64,000 nt of DNA from Butyricimonas virosa (lineage in GTDB: Bacteria; Bacteroidota; Bacteroidia; Bacteroidales; Marinifilaceae). Below the pieces are notes generated by a model, which worked only from the letters and a program-made list of their open reading frames with translations, did not search any database and was not told the DNA's origin. The translations under genes were made by a program, and so were the position numbers. The stretch is taken from NCBI GenBank assembly GCA_020743075.1, contig DYVS01000149.1, positions 8,159-72,158 of the forward strand, written 5' to 3'. Below, piece by piece: positions 53,725 through 63,894 of the stretch (position 1 is its first letter; each line of letters begins with the position of its first letter).

Positions 53725-54828
53725 TCATGAATCTTTCTTAAATACATCCTTGTACGTGAAATATTTTTCAGCGTAAGCTTTATTATCAAGAATGTAATCT
53801 GGTTTTGAGTCCCAACCAGATATTTGTTTTTTGTGCTTTTGCGACCAATCAATGAATTTCTTCGGGATGGATGATACTTGTTTCACCTGAATATCTTCTG
53901 CGTTACCTCCTGCCAGAATAGCGTCTTCCATCTTTTCCAAGTCAATCCTTGGAGCGAATACAGGTTCCATGACGCAACGACATTGAACGTGCCAACCATG
54001 CCACTTGAAATCCTTTGGATACACGCCTTGTGCATAATCACATATATCAACGAATGGTTTCCCGTTTAGCGTGTGATTATTGGATAACCTAATCCTGAAT
54101 CCAACAATGGCGGGATTATCTTGATAGCTTTCCCATTCTGCACGTCTATATGATTTGTTTATCTCGTTACGGCATAATCTCATTGCGTTTTTATAACTTG
54201 ACCTGTAAACGCCCTGCCCCGGATGGTACTCTTTTGCCGCTTTGCTTAATTTTAACTCTCCAGTTTCTGCGTCACGGACTCTCCTATAAAGTCGGTCAGG
54301 TTCTTGCAAGCACTTGCGAATATCACGTGATAACTCGTTTGCGCTCTTTCCATCTACAAATGCAAGTTGTAAGGAATCTTCGATTTGTCCTTTTATTCCC
54401 TCTTTCCATACACGTGAAGATATTCTGAAATCCTTTTTACTCATGGTAAAACTATCGAGGGATTTCTTCCTATGTTCAAATATGCCGTTTGCCCGTAATT
54501 TTTCAAATAGACCTTCAGGAATGATGGATTTAATCTCTTTCTCTGCAATTTTTTCTCCAATTTTCCATGAGATATTCGATGATGTAGTATTTATCACGTG
54601 TATATCATCAACAAGGCTATCAATGTGATTGCTTATAGCATTTGATAGCCTTTTCATCTCGCTTAAAAATTTTTGCTCCTTAGAAGACAGGTAAGACTTG
54701 ATAAGCCCCATGTTAGAAATATCATCCACGAATTTATTGAAGGCGTCATCAATTCGTGTTGATGTCTCTATCTGCAACTGATCTAGCATTTTTTTTAGTT
54801 CCTCGATGGTGAGTTTATCTAGGTTCAT
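53725..54828 (-). CDS. head morphogenesis protein (SPP1 gp7 / Mu F family)
   Basis: 367 aa; follows the portal gene; C-terminal ...CDYAQGVYPKDFKWHGWHVQCRCVMEPV. Confidence 0.7.
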   Translation of the reverse strand: MNLDKLTIEELKKMLDQLQIETSTRIDDAFNKFVDDISNMGLIKSYLSSKEQKFLSEMKRLSNAISNHIDSLVDDIHVINTTSSNISWKIGEKIAEKEIKSIIPEGLFEKLRANGIFEHRKKSLDSFTMSKKDFRISSRVWKEGIKGQIEDSLQLAFVDGKSANELSRDIRKCLQEPDRLYRRVRDAETGELKLSKAAKEYHPGQGVYRSSYKNAMRLCRNEINKSYRRAEWESYQDNPAIVGFRIRLSNNHTLNGKPFVDICDYAQGVYPKDFKWHGWHVQCRCVMEPVFAPRIDLEKMEDAILAGGNAEDIQVKQVSSIPKKFIDWSQKHKKQISGWDSKPDYILDNKAYAEKYFTYKDVFKKDS

Positions 54829-56312
54829 TCTTCTTCTGTGTTATTCCTGAATTGCCCGAATAAAGATCCTGCACCCATTTGCTCGGATAACATTTGTTGT
54901 TTTTCCTCTAGCTCTGTCTTTATTTTATCTATTTCAGATTGAACATCTTTAATGTAATCGATCAAAGACATAGCCGTTTCTTGACTTAGGAGACCTGCAT
55001 CTCTCAGTTTGATAATATCGCTTATTTTCTCGCTAATGTCATCTTGGAATGGTTCTCCAAATTCCGAATGGACTATTAATTTTTCCATCTCTGATTTTAG
55101 AGAAATGTCAAGAACATTGCCGATTATAGCTTTAATCAAATTTGCTTCCCTGTCTTGAGCTATCGAGTATATTTCTATATTTTTAGCTCGTTTCATGTAG
55201 CCTAATGCCATAGCTCTCCTTAACGCTCTTCCAGTAGGTGCCCCTGCGGATATTAACGCTTCAAAAGTAAGGTCTGGTGTCATTGACATTACCTTGATTA
55301 CCTTGTCTAAATCTTCAATTTCATTCTTTTTTAGGTCAACGGCAGTATCTACTGTGAGGTATTCCATGATACTATCTTTCGTTGGCAATCCGACAGCTTT
55401 ACCTCCTCCACTCGTGTCTGGATCAGGAAGGCCACTTTTAATGCTATTATTTATTTTTGCTTCATTTCGAGCAATCATAATATCTGTTGACATTTTCAAG
55501 ATAGGATCCGCCACGTAGTCATTAACATCAGATACACGTGATCGTAACTCTTCAAGCCTGTCTATTAATGCTTGCACACCATCCCATGCTTTGGGTTGTT
55601 GCACATATATAACTGGTATTTTGCCAATATCGTTTTTCTCTGTTATAACATCCCAGCCAATATTCTTTTGAGTGCATCTGAAAACGTAATCTGGGCAGTA
55701 AATATCAAAATGCCGAACGATTGTATTACCTTCTTTCAAGTAATACCCATGCCCGAATGCAAGCATATTTCCATATTGATCAAATAAAGGTCTAATTTCG
55801 TCTCCTTTCGTCTTGGCAAGGACTTTTACCCCAACTTTTTTCTTTTGTGTTTCTGTGTCCATGTACACGTAATACAATTTTGCGGATTCAGTTTCACCAC
55901 CAGCAGTTCTTTTAAATTCTCGCTGTGTCGTTCCCCAGCGAGTGTTTTTTAAAAAATTGCCGAACGCCTCAAACGCCCTATCCGTATTTATTGATGTTTG
56001 ATTCCAAGTTGGCATCGTGCCATATAAAAACGCTAACTCGACCTCGTTTATGTGTCGCTGACAGGGGATTGCAAGTTTTGCCGTTATCTTGTCTGGTTTG
56101 CCGATTCTTTTCTTGTTTGGCCTTCGATTAACCTTGTGCGATGCTGGATCTAATTCAGATATTGCGATTTCAACATCCGTATCCCTACATTGGAAAGATT
56201 GTATGGCCTTGTTTATATCCTTATCCTTGATAAGTTCTAACAAATCTCTTTTTGCACCAAAAGTATTAAGGAACCAATTTACTGAAGAATTGAAAAAGTC
56301 TATTATTATCAT
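54825..56312 (-). CDS. portal protein
   Basis: 495 aa, directly downstream of terL with a coupled stop/start to the MuF-like gene. Confidence 0.7.
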   Translation of the reverse strand: MIIIDFFNSSVNWFLNTFGAKRDLLELIKDKDINKAIQSFQCRDTDVEIAISELDPASHKVNRRPNKKRIGKPDKITAKLAIPCQRHINEVELAFLYGTMPTWNQTSINTDRAFEAFGNFLKNTRWGTTQREFKRTAGGETESAKLYYVYMDTETQKKKVGVKVLAKTKGDEIRPLFDQYGNMLAFGHGYYLKEGNTIVRHFDIYCPDYVFRCTQKNIGWDVITEKNDIGKIPVIYVQQPKAWDGVQALIDRLEELRSRVSDVNDYVADPILKMSTDIMIARNEAKINNSIKSGLPDPDTSGGGKAVGLPTKDSIMEYLTVDTAVDLKKNEIEDLDKVIKVMSMTPDLTFEALISAGAPTGRALRRAMALGYMKRAKNIEIYSIAQDREANLIKAIIGNVLDISLKSEMEKLIVHSEFGEPFQDDISEKISDIIKLRDAGLLSQETAMSLIDYIKDVQSEIDKIKTELEEKQQMLSEQMGAGSLFGQFRNNTEEE

Positions 56313-56374
56313 GCCTGCCGTTGATTTTAGTAGCTTGCAACATCACAAGCTTGTTTCACAAAAATATCTACAAT

Positions 56375-57799
56375 TTACAACAAATCAAAGTATTCATCCG
56401 CATTATTAGGTAATGGGGTGATGTCTTTATAATCAAAATACGCTCTCATCATTATAACATCTCTCCAGTCCGGAGAGCGACCAATATCTTTCTTTATTTC
56501 TTCTTTAGGTTTAATTTTCAATTTCCCGTCAGAGTCAACATCCCATGATTGCATTTGTTCAAGCTCGATGATTATGCATTCTTTATCATCTTCGCTTATT
56601 TCAGCCTCAAAACCCACGTCATTACCATTGACGTGTTCCGCTAACTTGTACACGCATTGAGATTGTAGATTCTGGTAATTCTCCCCATCAAAAGGTTTTC
56701 CGCCATTATAGAAACCGAGTATACGACAAGAATCAACTACACCACCGCCAACACCATCCTCGTCAGCAATACACCTGTACGTTGGGATTTGGTATTTTTG
56801 TCTAAGATGCATGATTGCTGATTGGATTTGTGTTGTACTACTAATATCAAACACCATGTAATCAATAATCACGTAGCCATCCCATACAAGTATAATAGCT
56901 TTATCTGACCCATACCTTGCTATATCGGCGGTCAAGTATCTTTTTCCAGTTTTCTTGGCTATAGCGTTGTTGAATATTTCTGTGATTGCATCGTAGGAGC
57001 AAAGCATGTTGGGGTTATCATCGTAATCCCAATTTCCCTTCCTCAGCCTCTCGTATTTTACCTTGTCTTTTGTAGATTCAAGAGCCTCCACGTAACCTTT
57101 ATCCATAAACGGGTTGTCATCAACTAGACATGACAAATATCTCATGTATGAGGGAAGTTCATCGTTTTTTGCTGGCTTGTAAAATGTTGTGTACATCCAG
57201 TTTTTTTTCGGGTTACAAGAAATGAATATTTTACGCAAAAGTCCATATTGAGAATTCAAGTGCCGCCCGACACGGGTTTTAAGAGTATCGTAAGCACCGA
57301 AATCAATCTCTCCACCTTCCTCGATCCATCCCCCTGTATACTCAGATGAACCGTATCTTTCATACATGGGGTCTGAAGGTAAATACCGGAGGTCTAGCAA
57401 GTCAATCCTAGATCCGTTTTTGAATTCGATAAAATGATCTTGCCCGTTATAAGTAAAGTCAACACCTCTTTTAATATTATACATCGAACATACCTTGTAA
57501 AAAGTAATCAACGTGGTTTCTCTTAGGCTTTTTAATTCTTTACGCCCTATAAACCATTTTGTGCCGGGATAAGCCAAGCATGAAAAAGCAAGCCAAGTAC
57601 ATCCAGTCCATGATTTCGCTCCTCCTGCGGCACCCCCGTAAAGCAATTCAACTACATCGTTCCCAGTCAACACTTGTAAGGCTTGTTCTTGTTTTAAATG
57701 CTTTAACCCGGCACAAATCGTGACAAAATCAAACATACCACGTTTGAACATTTCAATCTCTGCAGATAAGAGCGGGTGATATGTTATCTTTTCAGCCAT
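56375..57799 (-). CDS. terL: terminase large subunit
   Basis: 474 aa; Walker A LYGGAAGGAKS, ATPase and C-terminal nuclease layout; overlaps the terS stop. Confidence 0.85.
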   Translation of the reverse strand: MAEKITYHPLLSAEIEMFKRGMFDFVTICAGLKHLKQEQALQVLTGNDVVELLYGGAAGGAKSWTGCTWLAFSCLAYPGTKWFIGRKELKSLRETTLITFYKVCSMYNIKRGVDFTYNGQDHFIEFKNGSRIDLLDLRYLPSDPMYERYGSSEYTGGWIEEGGEIDFGAYDTLKTRVGRHLNSQYGLLRKIFISCNPKKNWMYTTFYKPAKNDELPSYMRYLSCLVDDNPFMDKGYVEALESTKDKVKYERLRKGNWDYDDNPNMLCSYDAITEIFNNAIAKKTGKRYLTADIARYGSDKAIILVWDGYVIIDYMVFDISSTTQIQSAIMHLRQKYQIPTYRCIADEDGVGGGVVDSCRILGFYNGGKPFDGENYQNLQSQCVYKLAEHVNGNDVGFEAEISEDDKECIIIELEQMQSWDVDSDGKLKIKPKEEIKKDIGRSPDWRDVIMMRAYFDYKDITPLPNNADEYFDLL

Positions 57800-58397
57800 T
57801 AGCCTTTTTTAAAAGATTATAGTATAGGGTTAATTCTTCTTGAGATAGTTTACTTAGGTCGATACCCTCGAAAAGATTCTTCCCATCTTTCCCAGTGATT
57901 TCTTGCTTTACAGGTGCGTCAAAGCCTAACATCTTGCTAATGCTATCCAAGCTTTTCTGCTTGTCATATAACTTTATTTTGACGAATTCTTCTTCTACTG
58001 GCTCGTCACCAATTGTTCTTTTGATTGTTTTTGTTGACACTTCTTGTATACAAGCCTTATCATCGTCAGATAAAGATTCAAATTCTTTCAAGGTTATCCA
58101 CCCGCTCCTGAATCTAGCGGCATTAGAGAAAGCAAGTTTCTCGTGTTCTTTCAGTACACGCAATGCTGAAATACCCGATGTTCTAGCGAGATTAGCTTGC
58201 ATTTCTTCAATTCGCTTTTTAATTTGAGGTTTTTTGAGGTTTTCATATCCAGTTGCGTAAGCGGCAGTTGGATTATATCCAGCTCTAATAGCTGCTTGGG
58301 TTGCGTTGAAGTCAATACAATATTCGTAACAGAAACGCTCCTGTTTGTTGGTTAATTTAATCTCGTTGTTATCCTTCATCTTCCCCAATGTGCTCAT
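57792..58397 (-). CDS. terS: terminase small subunit
   Basis: 201 aa; LTNKQERFCYEYCIDFNATQAAIRAGY (Terminase_2 HTH signature). Confidence 0.8.
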   Translation of the reverse strand: MSTLGKMKDNNEIKLTNKQERFCYEYCIDFNATQAAIRAGYNPTAAYATGYENLKKPQIKKRIEEMQANLARTSGISALRVLKEHEKLAFSNAARFRSGWITLKEFESLSDDDKACIQEVSTKTIKRTIGDEPVEEEFVKIKLYDKQKSLDSISKMLGFDAPVKQEITGKDGKNLFEGIDLSKLSQEELTLYYNLLKKANG

Positions 58398-58398
58398 G

Positions 58399-61300
58399 CT
58401 ACTTCGTGTATTTCTTGTTCGAGTTAGTTTCTAGTGTTTTTAGTCTGTTGTCTATGCTCTTGAGGGTTGTCCCGATGCCATCCGTGTTGTCGGCAGTTCT
58501 TCCAGTATTTGAAGCTATCATGTCAAGAATGTCGTTAGATTTTGAAATAGCAGCTTTATAGTCCGAGTGTAACGAGATTAGTTCCGTGTGAATATTCTTC
58601 GTCACGTCATACTGTCCCCTCCATATACCCATCATAACAGATGCTGTTTCTTCTGTTATGGTCTCTGAAATCGCCCCCGCTTGACTATTAGGAACTGCTC
58701 CTTCCAAGTTCACCCCGGCGGCGTTTAATAGTTCATCAATTCTATTTTGAGCTTCATTATAAATGGTTTCGTATTTCTCCCTAAGAGTTTCAACATCAGA
58801 CGCTGATAACGCACCATCTTTAGACATCTTGTCAAACTGATCGTACCATTCTTTCATTTCTTTATTTAGGTAATCTGATTTGACAACGTTTAATATAGAT
58901 TGTCTCATGTAGTCCTCGAAGTTATCAGAAATGTCTTTAAATGTCGTGTCTGCACTTAAAAGGAAATCATCTAAACCGTCTCGAGCTTCATCAAAATTAA
59001 TCCCGGTGTTAATCTCGCTAACGGTTTCTTTTAATTGATCCGCTTGCTCGTTTAATTTATCCCACTCCTCGACGATACTTTTCCACTTGTCCGCATCAGT
59101 TAAACTGTATCCCTGTTTCTCTAGCTCAATTAAAGTGGTGAATCCATCTTTAAATGCTATTTGTCCCCCGCTTAAAAAATCTTTTAATTGTTCTACCGTT
59201 GCCAACCCAAGATCTCTAACGTCAAGGTCGTTATTTTTTCCTTTTTTCCCTAGAATTTCATTCTTCCATAGCTTGCTATATTGTACTTGGATTAAATCTT
59301 GCTGAGCTTTTATAGCTTCTTCTGTTGTTAGTTTTAACCCGTTTCTTTCAGCGGTAGTTGCAGCTTTGATTAGATCAATACGTTTTTCAATGAGGTTATT
59401 TATAATCTCGTTCGTTTCCGCTATTTTGTTCGTGACCTTGGATAGTCTCTCGGAATCTTTTTCTGCTTTGCTTTTCCCCTTGAACATACTGAAGATCTTG
59501 GTGACAACTTGAAGAGCTGCGGATACTATTGCTAGGATCACGGAGGCGGTCTCAACCGCTTTAATTGCTTTGGCAGCGGCGTCACTCATCCCTTCAACTG
59601 ATTTAATTGATCCAGTGGTTAGCGTGATGATACCATCAATCATTGATAATATCGCGGTGCTTATACTACCCGCAGAAGACAATAACTCTCCGGCAGTTCC
59701 CCCAATACTATCACCTATCTCTTTGAATTGTTCATCTACTTTAGATAACGTCTTGTAAAGTTCTTGCCAATCTTTTACACTTCTTTTGTCTGGCGAAGTG
59801 CTTGTCTTCTTTTTTTGATTGGCTATTTCTTTTTCTAAAGTCACTACTTTAGCTATAGCTTCTGCGAGTTTATCACCGCCCACGCCTGCGATTTGTAAAG
59901 ATCCTAGTAATGCTCTAGCTTCACGTAATCTTTTTTGAAGTTCTTCCATTGAAAATGTGGCAATTTGATTCATCCAAATCTCGAATTCTTCATTTCGAGA
60001 TGCGAATTCCATTGCTATTTCCTTTAAAGCTTCTTCTTTCTGGTAATTCAATTCATTGATGGCACTATCTATCTCGCTAGCGTTTGAAGTTGTTCGTCTA
60101 GATTCTAAAGTTTGCTTATCTTTAGCGTACTTGTCATCGATACTTCTCCTTTTGGCATCAAAATCTTGATATTGTTTTAGGAGATCGTCAAGTTCCTTTT
60201 TGTATACCTCTGCGGTATCTTTGTTTTTAATGTTTTCGGCAGAAGTGAAAGCTGTCGATACTTGAATGTTTTGTTCGGTCGTTAATTTCCCGCCTTGCTC
60301 TTTAGCCCATTTATCGGCAAGTTTTTTTATCTCGGTAATTCTTCTTTGATAGTCAAGATTGATTTGAGCGATCTCTTTTTCCGTACCTTCTTTCATGAGT
60401 TCGATACGGGAATTTTGGTTTTGTTCCTCCAGGGAAAGGAGTTCTTCGTTGATTTTTTTTACAGTTTCTAGCCTTCTCTTTTCCGCATCTTTTGTGGCTT
60501 TTGAAGCACCTGTTATCGCTTCTTTTTCTTTATTTAACTGATCAATTCGTTTTTGATAATCATTAAACTCATTGCTTGTGGTTGATGTTTCTTGAAGATC
60601 TTTTAATGCTTTAATTTCATCTTCGTACCATTTAACTGTTTTCTTTACTTCTTCACCACGTTTAGCTGCTTCTTCTTTAGCTCTTTTTTCTGCTTCTTCT
60701 TGGGATTTGATGTCAGAATTTATTTTGTTTAAGATGGAATTTTGTTCTCCTAATTCTTGATTTAATTCTTTGAGACGTTTGTTGGCTTTGTTTAATCGTT
60801 CCCCTCTATTTTTAACTGCAGTTTTATTTAGAAAATCGATCTCTTTCTTTATTGCGGATATAGCATTTTGAGTCTCTTTTATTTTAGTTTCGGCATCAGC
60901 CTTGTTTTTTTCACGTATAGCTTTGGCTAGACGATCATTTAATTCTATTAGATTTACGGTCTTCAAGGATTCAAGATCCATATCTTTAAAATATTGTGGA
61001 TCTATTTTTCTCAGACTTTCTAATGCAAGTTGACGTGAGTATGTTGCATTCGTCTCGTCGCTCGCAATTCCAATTAATGTTTTAATCTCTTCTGCTTGTT
61101 TTTCTGCCTCTTTGTTAAATTTTTCAAGGGCTATTCTTGCTGTATCAGTTTTCTTTGTGAACTGGTATAGGGCTGTCCCCACCCCGACTAAAACAGTTGC
61201 GAGTAGTACGTAAGGATTTGCTTTAGTGGCAAGATTAAAAGCTATTTGCGCATCTTTGGCGGTTCGTATTGTTTTGGCAAGTGATAACCATGTAGATATA

Positions 61301-62217
61301 GTTTGAATTGATACAGATATTTTTTGTGCGGCAGCAACAGCAATTAGAGCCGCTTTGTATGTCCCGTATGTAGCTACAAGAACTTTTAAAATATTGATGA
61401 CTGATTGATAATTTTCAACAATATATGCGGCACCAGAGATAACATCAGAGATAATCCCTTCATTGGCCTGACCTATGTTGTTAAACATCATGTCTAGAGC
61501 ATCGCTGAGGTTAGATATTTGTCCAGTAATTGTTTTACTTTGATTCTCCATCAAATTGTAGAACTTACCTCCTTCGTTTGTCATTTGCTCGATGACTTTT
61601 CTCACGTCCTCGAATCCAATTTTGCCGGCGGTAACCATATCGTTTATTTCCGAGGTCGTTTTACCGTACATGTCGGCCAAACCTTGTAAAACGGGGATAC
61701 CAGAAGATTGGAATTGCAGCATATCACGCGCGTATAATCTCCCTTGCACGGCTGTTGTTCCATACAAGAAAGTAAGACGTTCCAAAGGAAGCCCTAATCC
61801 TGCAGCCACGTTTCCTAACCGGATCAAAGTTTCGTTCACGTCTTCAGCCGCAAAACCGTAGGCAAGTAATTGTCTAGCTCCATCAGCTACACCTTTTAAA
61901 TCAAATGGCGTTTTAGCTGCTGTTTCGACAAGTTGACTCATGAGTGCGGCTGATTTTTCCTGACTACCTAATAACGTTGTGAAAGCTACTTCTAGTTGTT
62001 GGAATTGTCCCCTTGTCTCGGCTATCTTCCTTGCTAAATCTATCGACAAGTATGCCGTGGCGGCTTGTTTCATACGGGTCCATGCTGTACTCATTACATT
62101 ACCTTGTTGATCCGTGACAACTCCCATGCGTGTCACTTCTTGGCGGTATCTTGCTGCCGTTTTGACCAAATCGTTAATGTCTAATTTTGCCTGTATATTT
62201 AATTGCCCGTCTGCCAT
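58399..62217 (-). CDS. tail tape measure protein
   Basis: 1272 aa; TP901-type core (FTTLLGSQEKSAALMSQLVETAAKTPFDLKGVADGARQLLAYGF...), TM segments, long coiled coil. Confidence 0.9.
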   Translation of the reverse strand: MADGQLNIQAKLDINDLVKTAARYRQEVTRMGVVTDQQGNVMSTAWTRMKQAATAYLSIDLARKIAETRGQFQQLEVAFTTLLGSQEKSAALMSQLVETAAKTPFDLKGVADGARQLLAYGFAAEDVNETLIRLGNVAAGLGLPLERLTFLYGTTAVQGRLYARDMLQFQSSGIPVLQGLADMYGKTTSEINDMVTAGKIGFEDVRKVIEQMTNEGGKFYNLMENQSKTITGQISNLSDALDMMFNNIGQANEGIISDVISGAAYIVENYQSVINILKVLVATYGTYKAALIAVAAAQKISVSIQTISTWLSLAKTIRTAKDAQIAFNLATKANPYVLLATVLVGVGTALYQFTKKTDTARIALEKFNKEAEKQAEEIKTLIGIASDETNATYSRQLALESLRKIDPQYFKDMDLESLKTVNLIELNDRLAKAIREKNKADAETKIKETQNAISAIKKEIDFLNKTAVKNRGERLNKANKRLKELNQELGEQNSILNKINSDIKSQEEAEKRAKEEAAKRGEEVKKTVKWYEDEIKALKDLQETSTTSNEFNDYQKRIDQLNKEKEAITGASKATKDAEKRRLETVKKINEELLSLEEQNQNSRIELMKEGTEKEIAQINLDYQRRITEIKKLADKWAKEQGGKLTTEQNIQVSTAFTSAENIKNKDTAEVYKKELDDLLKQYQDFDAKRRSIDDKYAKDKQTLESRRTTSNASEIDSAINELNYQKEEALKEIAMEFASRNEEFEIWMNQIATFSMEELQKRLREARALLGSLQIAGVGGDKLAEAIAKVVTLEKEIANQKKKTSTSPDKRSVKDWQELYKTLSKVDEQFKEIGDSIGGTAGELLSSAGSISTAILSMIDGIITLTTGSIKSVEGMSDAAAKAIKAVETASVILAIVSAALQVVTKIFSMFKGKSKAEKDSERLSKVTNKIAETNEIINNLIEKRIDLIKAATTAERNGLKLTTEEAIKAQQDLIQVQYSKLWKNEILGKKGKNNDLDVRDLGLATVEQLKDFLSGGQIAFKDGFTTLIELEKQGYSLTDADKWKSIVEEWDKLNEQADQLKETVSEINTGINFDEARDGLDDFLLSADTTFKDISDNFEDYMRQSILNVVKSDYLNKEMKEWYDQFDKMSKDGALSASDVETLREKYETIYNEAQNRIDELLNAAGVNLEGAVPNSQAGAISETITEETASVMMGIWRGQYDVTKNIHTELISLHSDYKAAISKSNDILDMIASNTGRTADNTDGIGTTLKSIDNRLKTLETNSNKKYTK

Positions 62218-62221
62218 GATA

Positions 62222-62850
62222 TTATCCGAATATGTTTTCTCCTGTTATGATATTATTTTTTTTACTCTTTCTCTTGCCTCTTCCGTGCTTACCATAGTCT
62301 TCTTCATCATGATCGTAAGAGGGAATGCATCCTAACAACATTTGCAGGTTCACCCAGCTTATGCCGGACATCGCTGTTCTAACATCCATGTGTAACCCCT
62401 CTATTGCAGCGTACCATATTGCCCACGGGGAGTCACTTTTGTTGGAGTCGCTATCCTTAGATTTCTTTTTAGGAAAATTATATTGGTCAAAAAAAAACTG
62501 GTATTCAAGCGATCAACGTACAACTCTTGTAAAGAGGTAAATTCTTTCTCTCCAAGATGCATCGTGATATATTCCCTGTTTTTCTCCCGGTCTTGTGGAT
62601 TCCTGAACATGATAACTAACGACATATCTAGCATATGTTGAACGTCTTGCATGTGATTTAAAGTCGCTCCAAGTAAATCATATTTTGTATCTTCCTCCGT
62701 GATGTCATTCATCCGTGAAACTAGAGCGTCAATATCCAGTAATTGCCCGAACGTGAGAGGCAACACTTTAAAATTTTTTTGCCCTATTTTAATCACTGTA
62801 GGGGATTCATTCGCTTCTTCTGAAACTCTTTGTTGTACGGTTTTACTCAT
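62222..62850 (-). CDS. tail assembly chaperone, -1 frameshift-extended form (gpGT analogue)
   Basis: Checked codon by codon: the -1 frame is open from the slippery run (62489-62497) to TAA at 62222-62224, 4 nt before the tape measure ATG. Confidence 0.6.
62401..62850 (-). CDS. tail assembly chaperone (gpG analogue)
   Basis: 149 aa between the tail tube and tape measure genes; contains a T9 slippery run near its 3' end. Confidence 0.6.
   Translation of the reverse strand: MSKTVQQRVSEEANESPTVIKIGQKNFKVLPLTFGQLLDIDALVSRMNDITEEDTKYDLLGATLNHMQDVQHMLDMSLVIMFRNPQDREKNREYITMHLGEKEFTSLQELYVDRLNTSFFLTNIIFLKRNLRIATPTKVTPRGQYGTLQ
62489..62497 (-). promoter_or_regulatory. programmed -1 frameshift slippery site (T9 on the coding strand)
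   Basis: A9 on the plus strand; coding-strand reading AGT TTT TTT TTG. Confidence 0.6.
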
Positions 62851-62910
62851 CTTTATTTTATTTGAAACGGGAAGTTTGCACCTCCCGTTTTGATCATTCG
62901 TGTTGTTAAA

Positions 62911-63489
62911 TTACTCGGAAATCACCTTGTGACGATAATTACCAATAACATTACCGTTCTTGTCTTTATTGCCTAACAATGTACCGCTTAATGACAGCGT
63001 GAGCAAGCCGGATTTTCCTCTCGTACCGGTTACTTTAGCGATAACCTTGACGGGCATGTATTCCCATTGCCTTTGCGCATACCCGGCAACTTTTTTGTCC
63101 ACGATTTTTATTGCCTGTAACGGCAGTTCAAAGGATGGATTGTTGACGTAATAACCGTTATTGGGGTCCTCGGCGGTTTCGTTCAGCTTGTCACCAAGCC
63201 AGTATTTTAAAGATTCAGGGGAAAGGTCGTATGATACGAGGTTGAACGTTTTGCGGCCTTTTTCTGTCGTTAATTGAAGCAATGGATCGTCCATGTCTTC
63301 TACCATGATGTCTTCAACGGTATCATCATCCTTGTCTTCTGTCACGGAATCAATTTGGATTAACTTGAAATCCCGTGTCGTGACACCGGATGCGAAATCT
63401 GGGAACTGTCCGGCGGTTTCTCCTGACGTGTTCGCGGTTTGGAAAGTGATACTTTCTATACCATGTGAAATATCTGCTGCATCAGCCAT
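62911..63489 (-). CDS. putative major tail (tube) protein
   Basis: 192 aa; position immediately upstream of chaperone and tape measure; family not recognised. Confidence 0.5.
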   Translation of the reverse strand: MADAADISHGIESITFQTANTSGETAGQFPDFASGVTTRDFKLIQIDSVTEDKDDDTVEDIMVEDMDDPLLQLTTEKGRKTFNLVSYDLSPESLKYWLGDKLNETAEDPNNGYYVNNPSFELPLQAIKIVDKKVAGYAQRQWEYMPVKVIAKVTGTRGKSGLLTLSLSGTLLGNKDKNGNVIGNYRHKVISE

Positions 63490-63492
63490 AAT

Positions 63493-63894
63493 TTATAAAT
63501 TTAAATAGGTTACTTTAATTTTAAAATTTCTGTAATAAGTTTTATTGTCATCCTTGAAATCCTCGTGATCAATCACGGAGAATGTGAATTTACCGAACGT
63601 GGTGAAATACTGGCTAAAGACATCTTTTTCTTGTCTGAATAATTGATAAACGTTATCACTTATCTCTTCGATTCGGTCAACATTTTTAATTCCCTTGTCT
63701 CGTTCTGGTACGTGAACGTTGACATTAATCTCTCCGTTGGCAATAACACTTTCGTGATCATTGTCAAGCGGTATTATCTCGATATAATCACCAATGTAAT
63801 CAGGGTCACGGGTGTCTTTCCTGAACACGGGGACGCCATTAGTTTTTCCATTTAAAACCTTGTACACCGATAATTCAACGTCGTAATCTATCAT
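63493..63894 (-). CDS. putative tail terminator / tail completion protein
   Basis: 133 aa; position upstream of the tube protein. Confidence 0.4.
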   Translation of the reverse strand: MIDYDVELSVYKVLNGKTNGVPVFRKDTRDPDYIGDYIEIIPLDNDHESVIANGEINVNVHVPERDKGIKNVDRIEEISDNVYQLFRQEKDVFSQYFTTFGKFTFSVIDHEDFKDDNKTYYRNFKIKVTYLNL

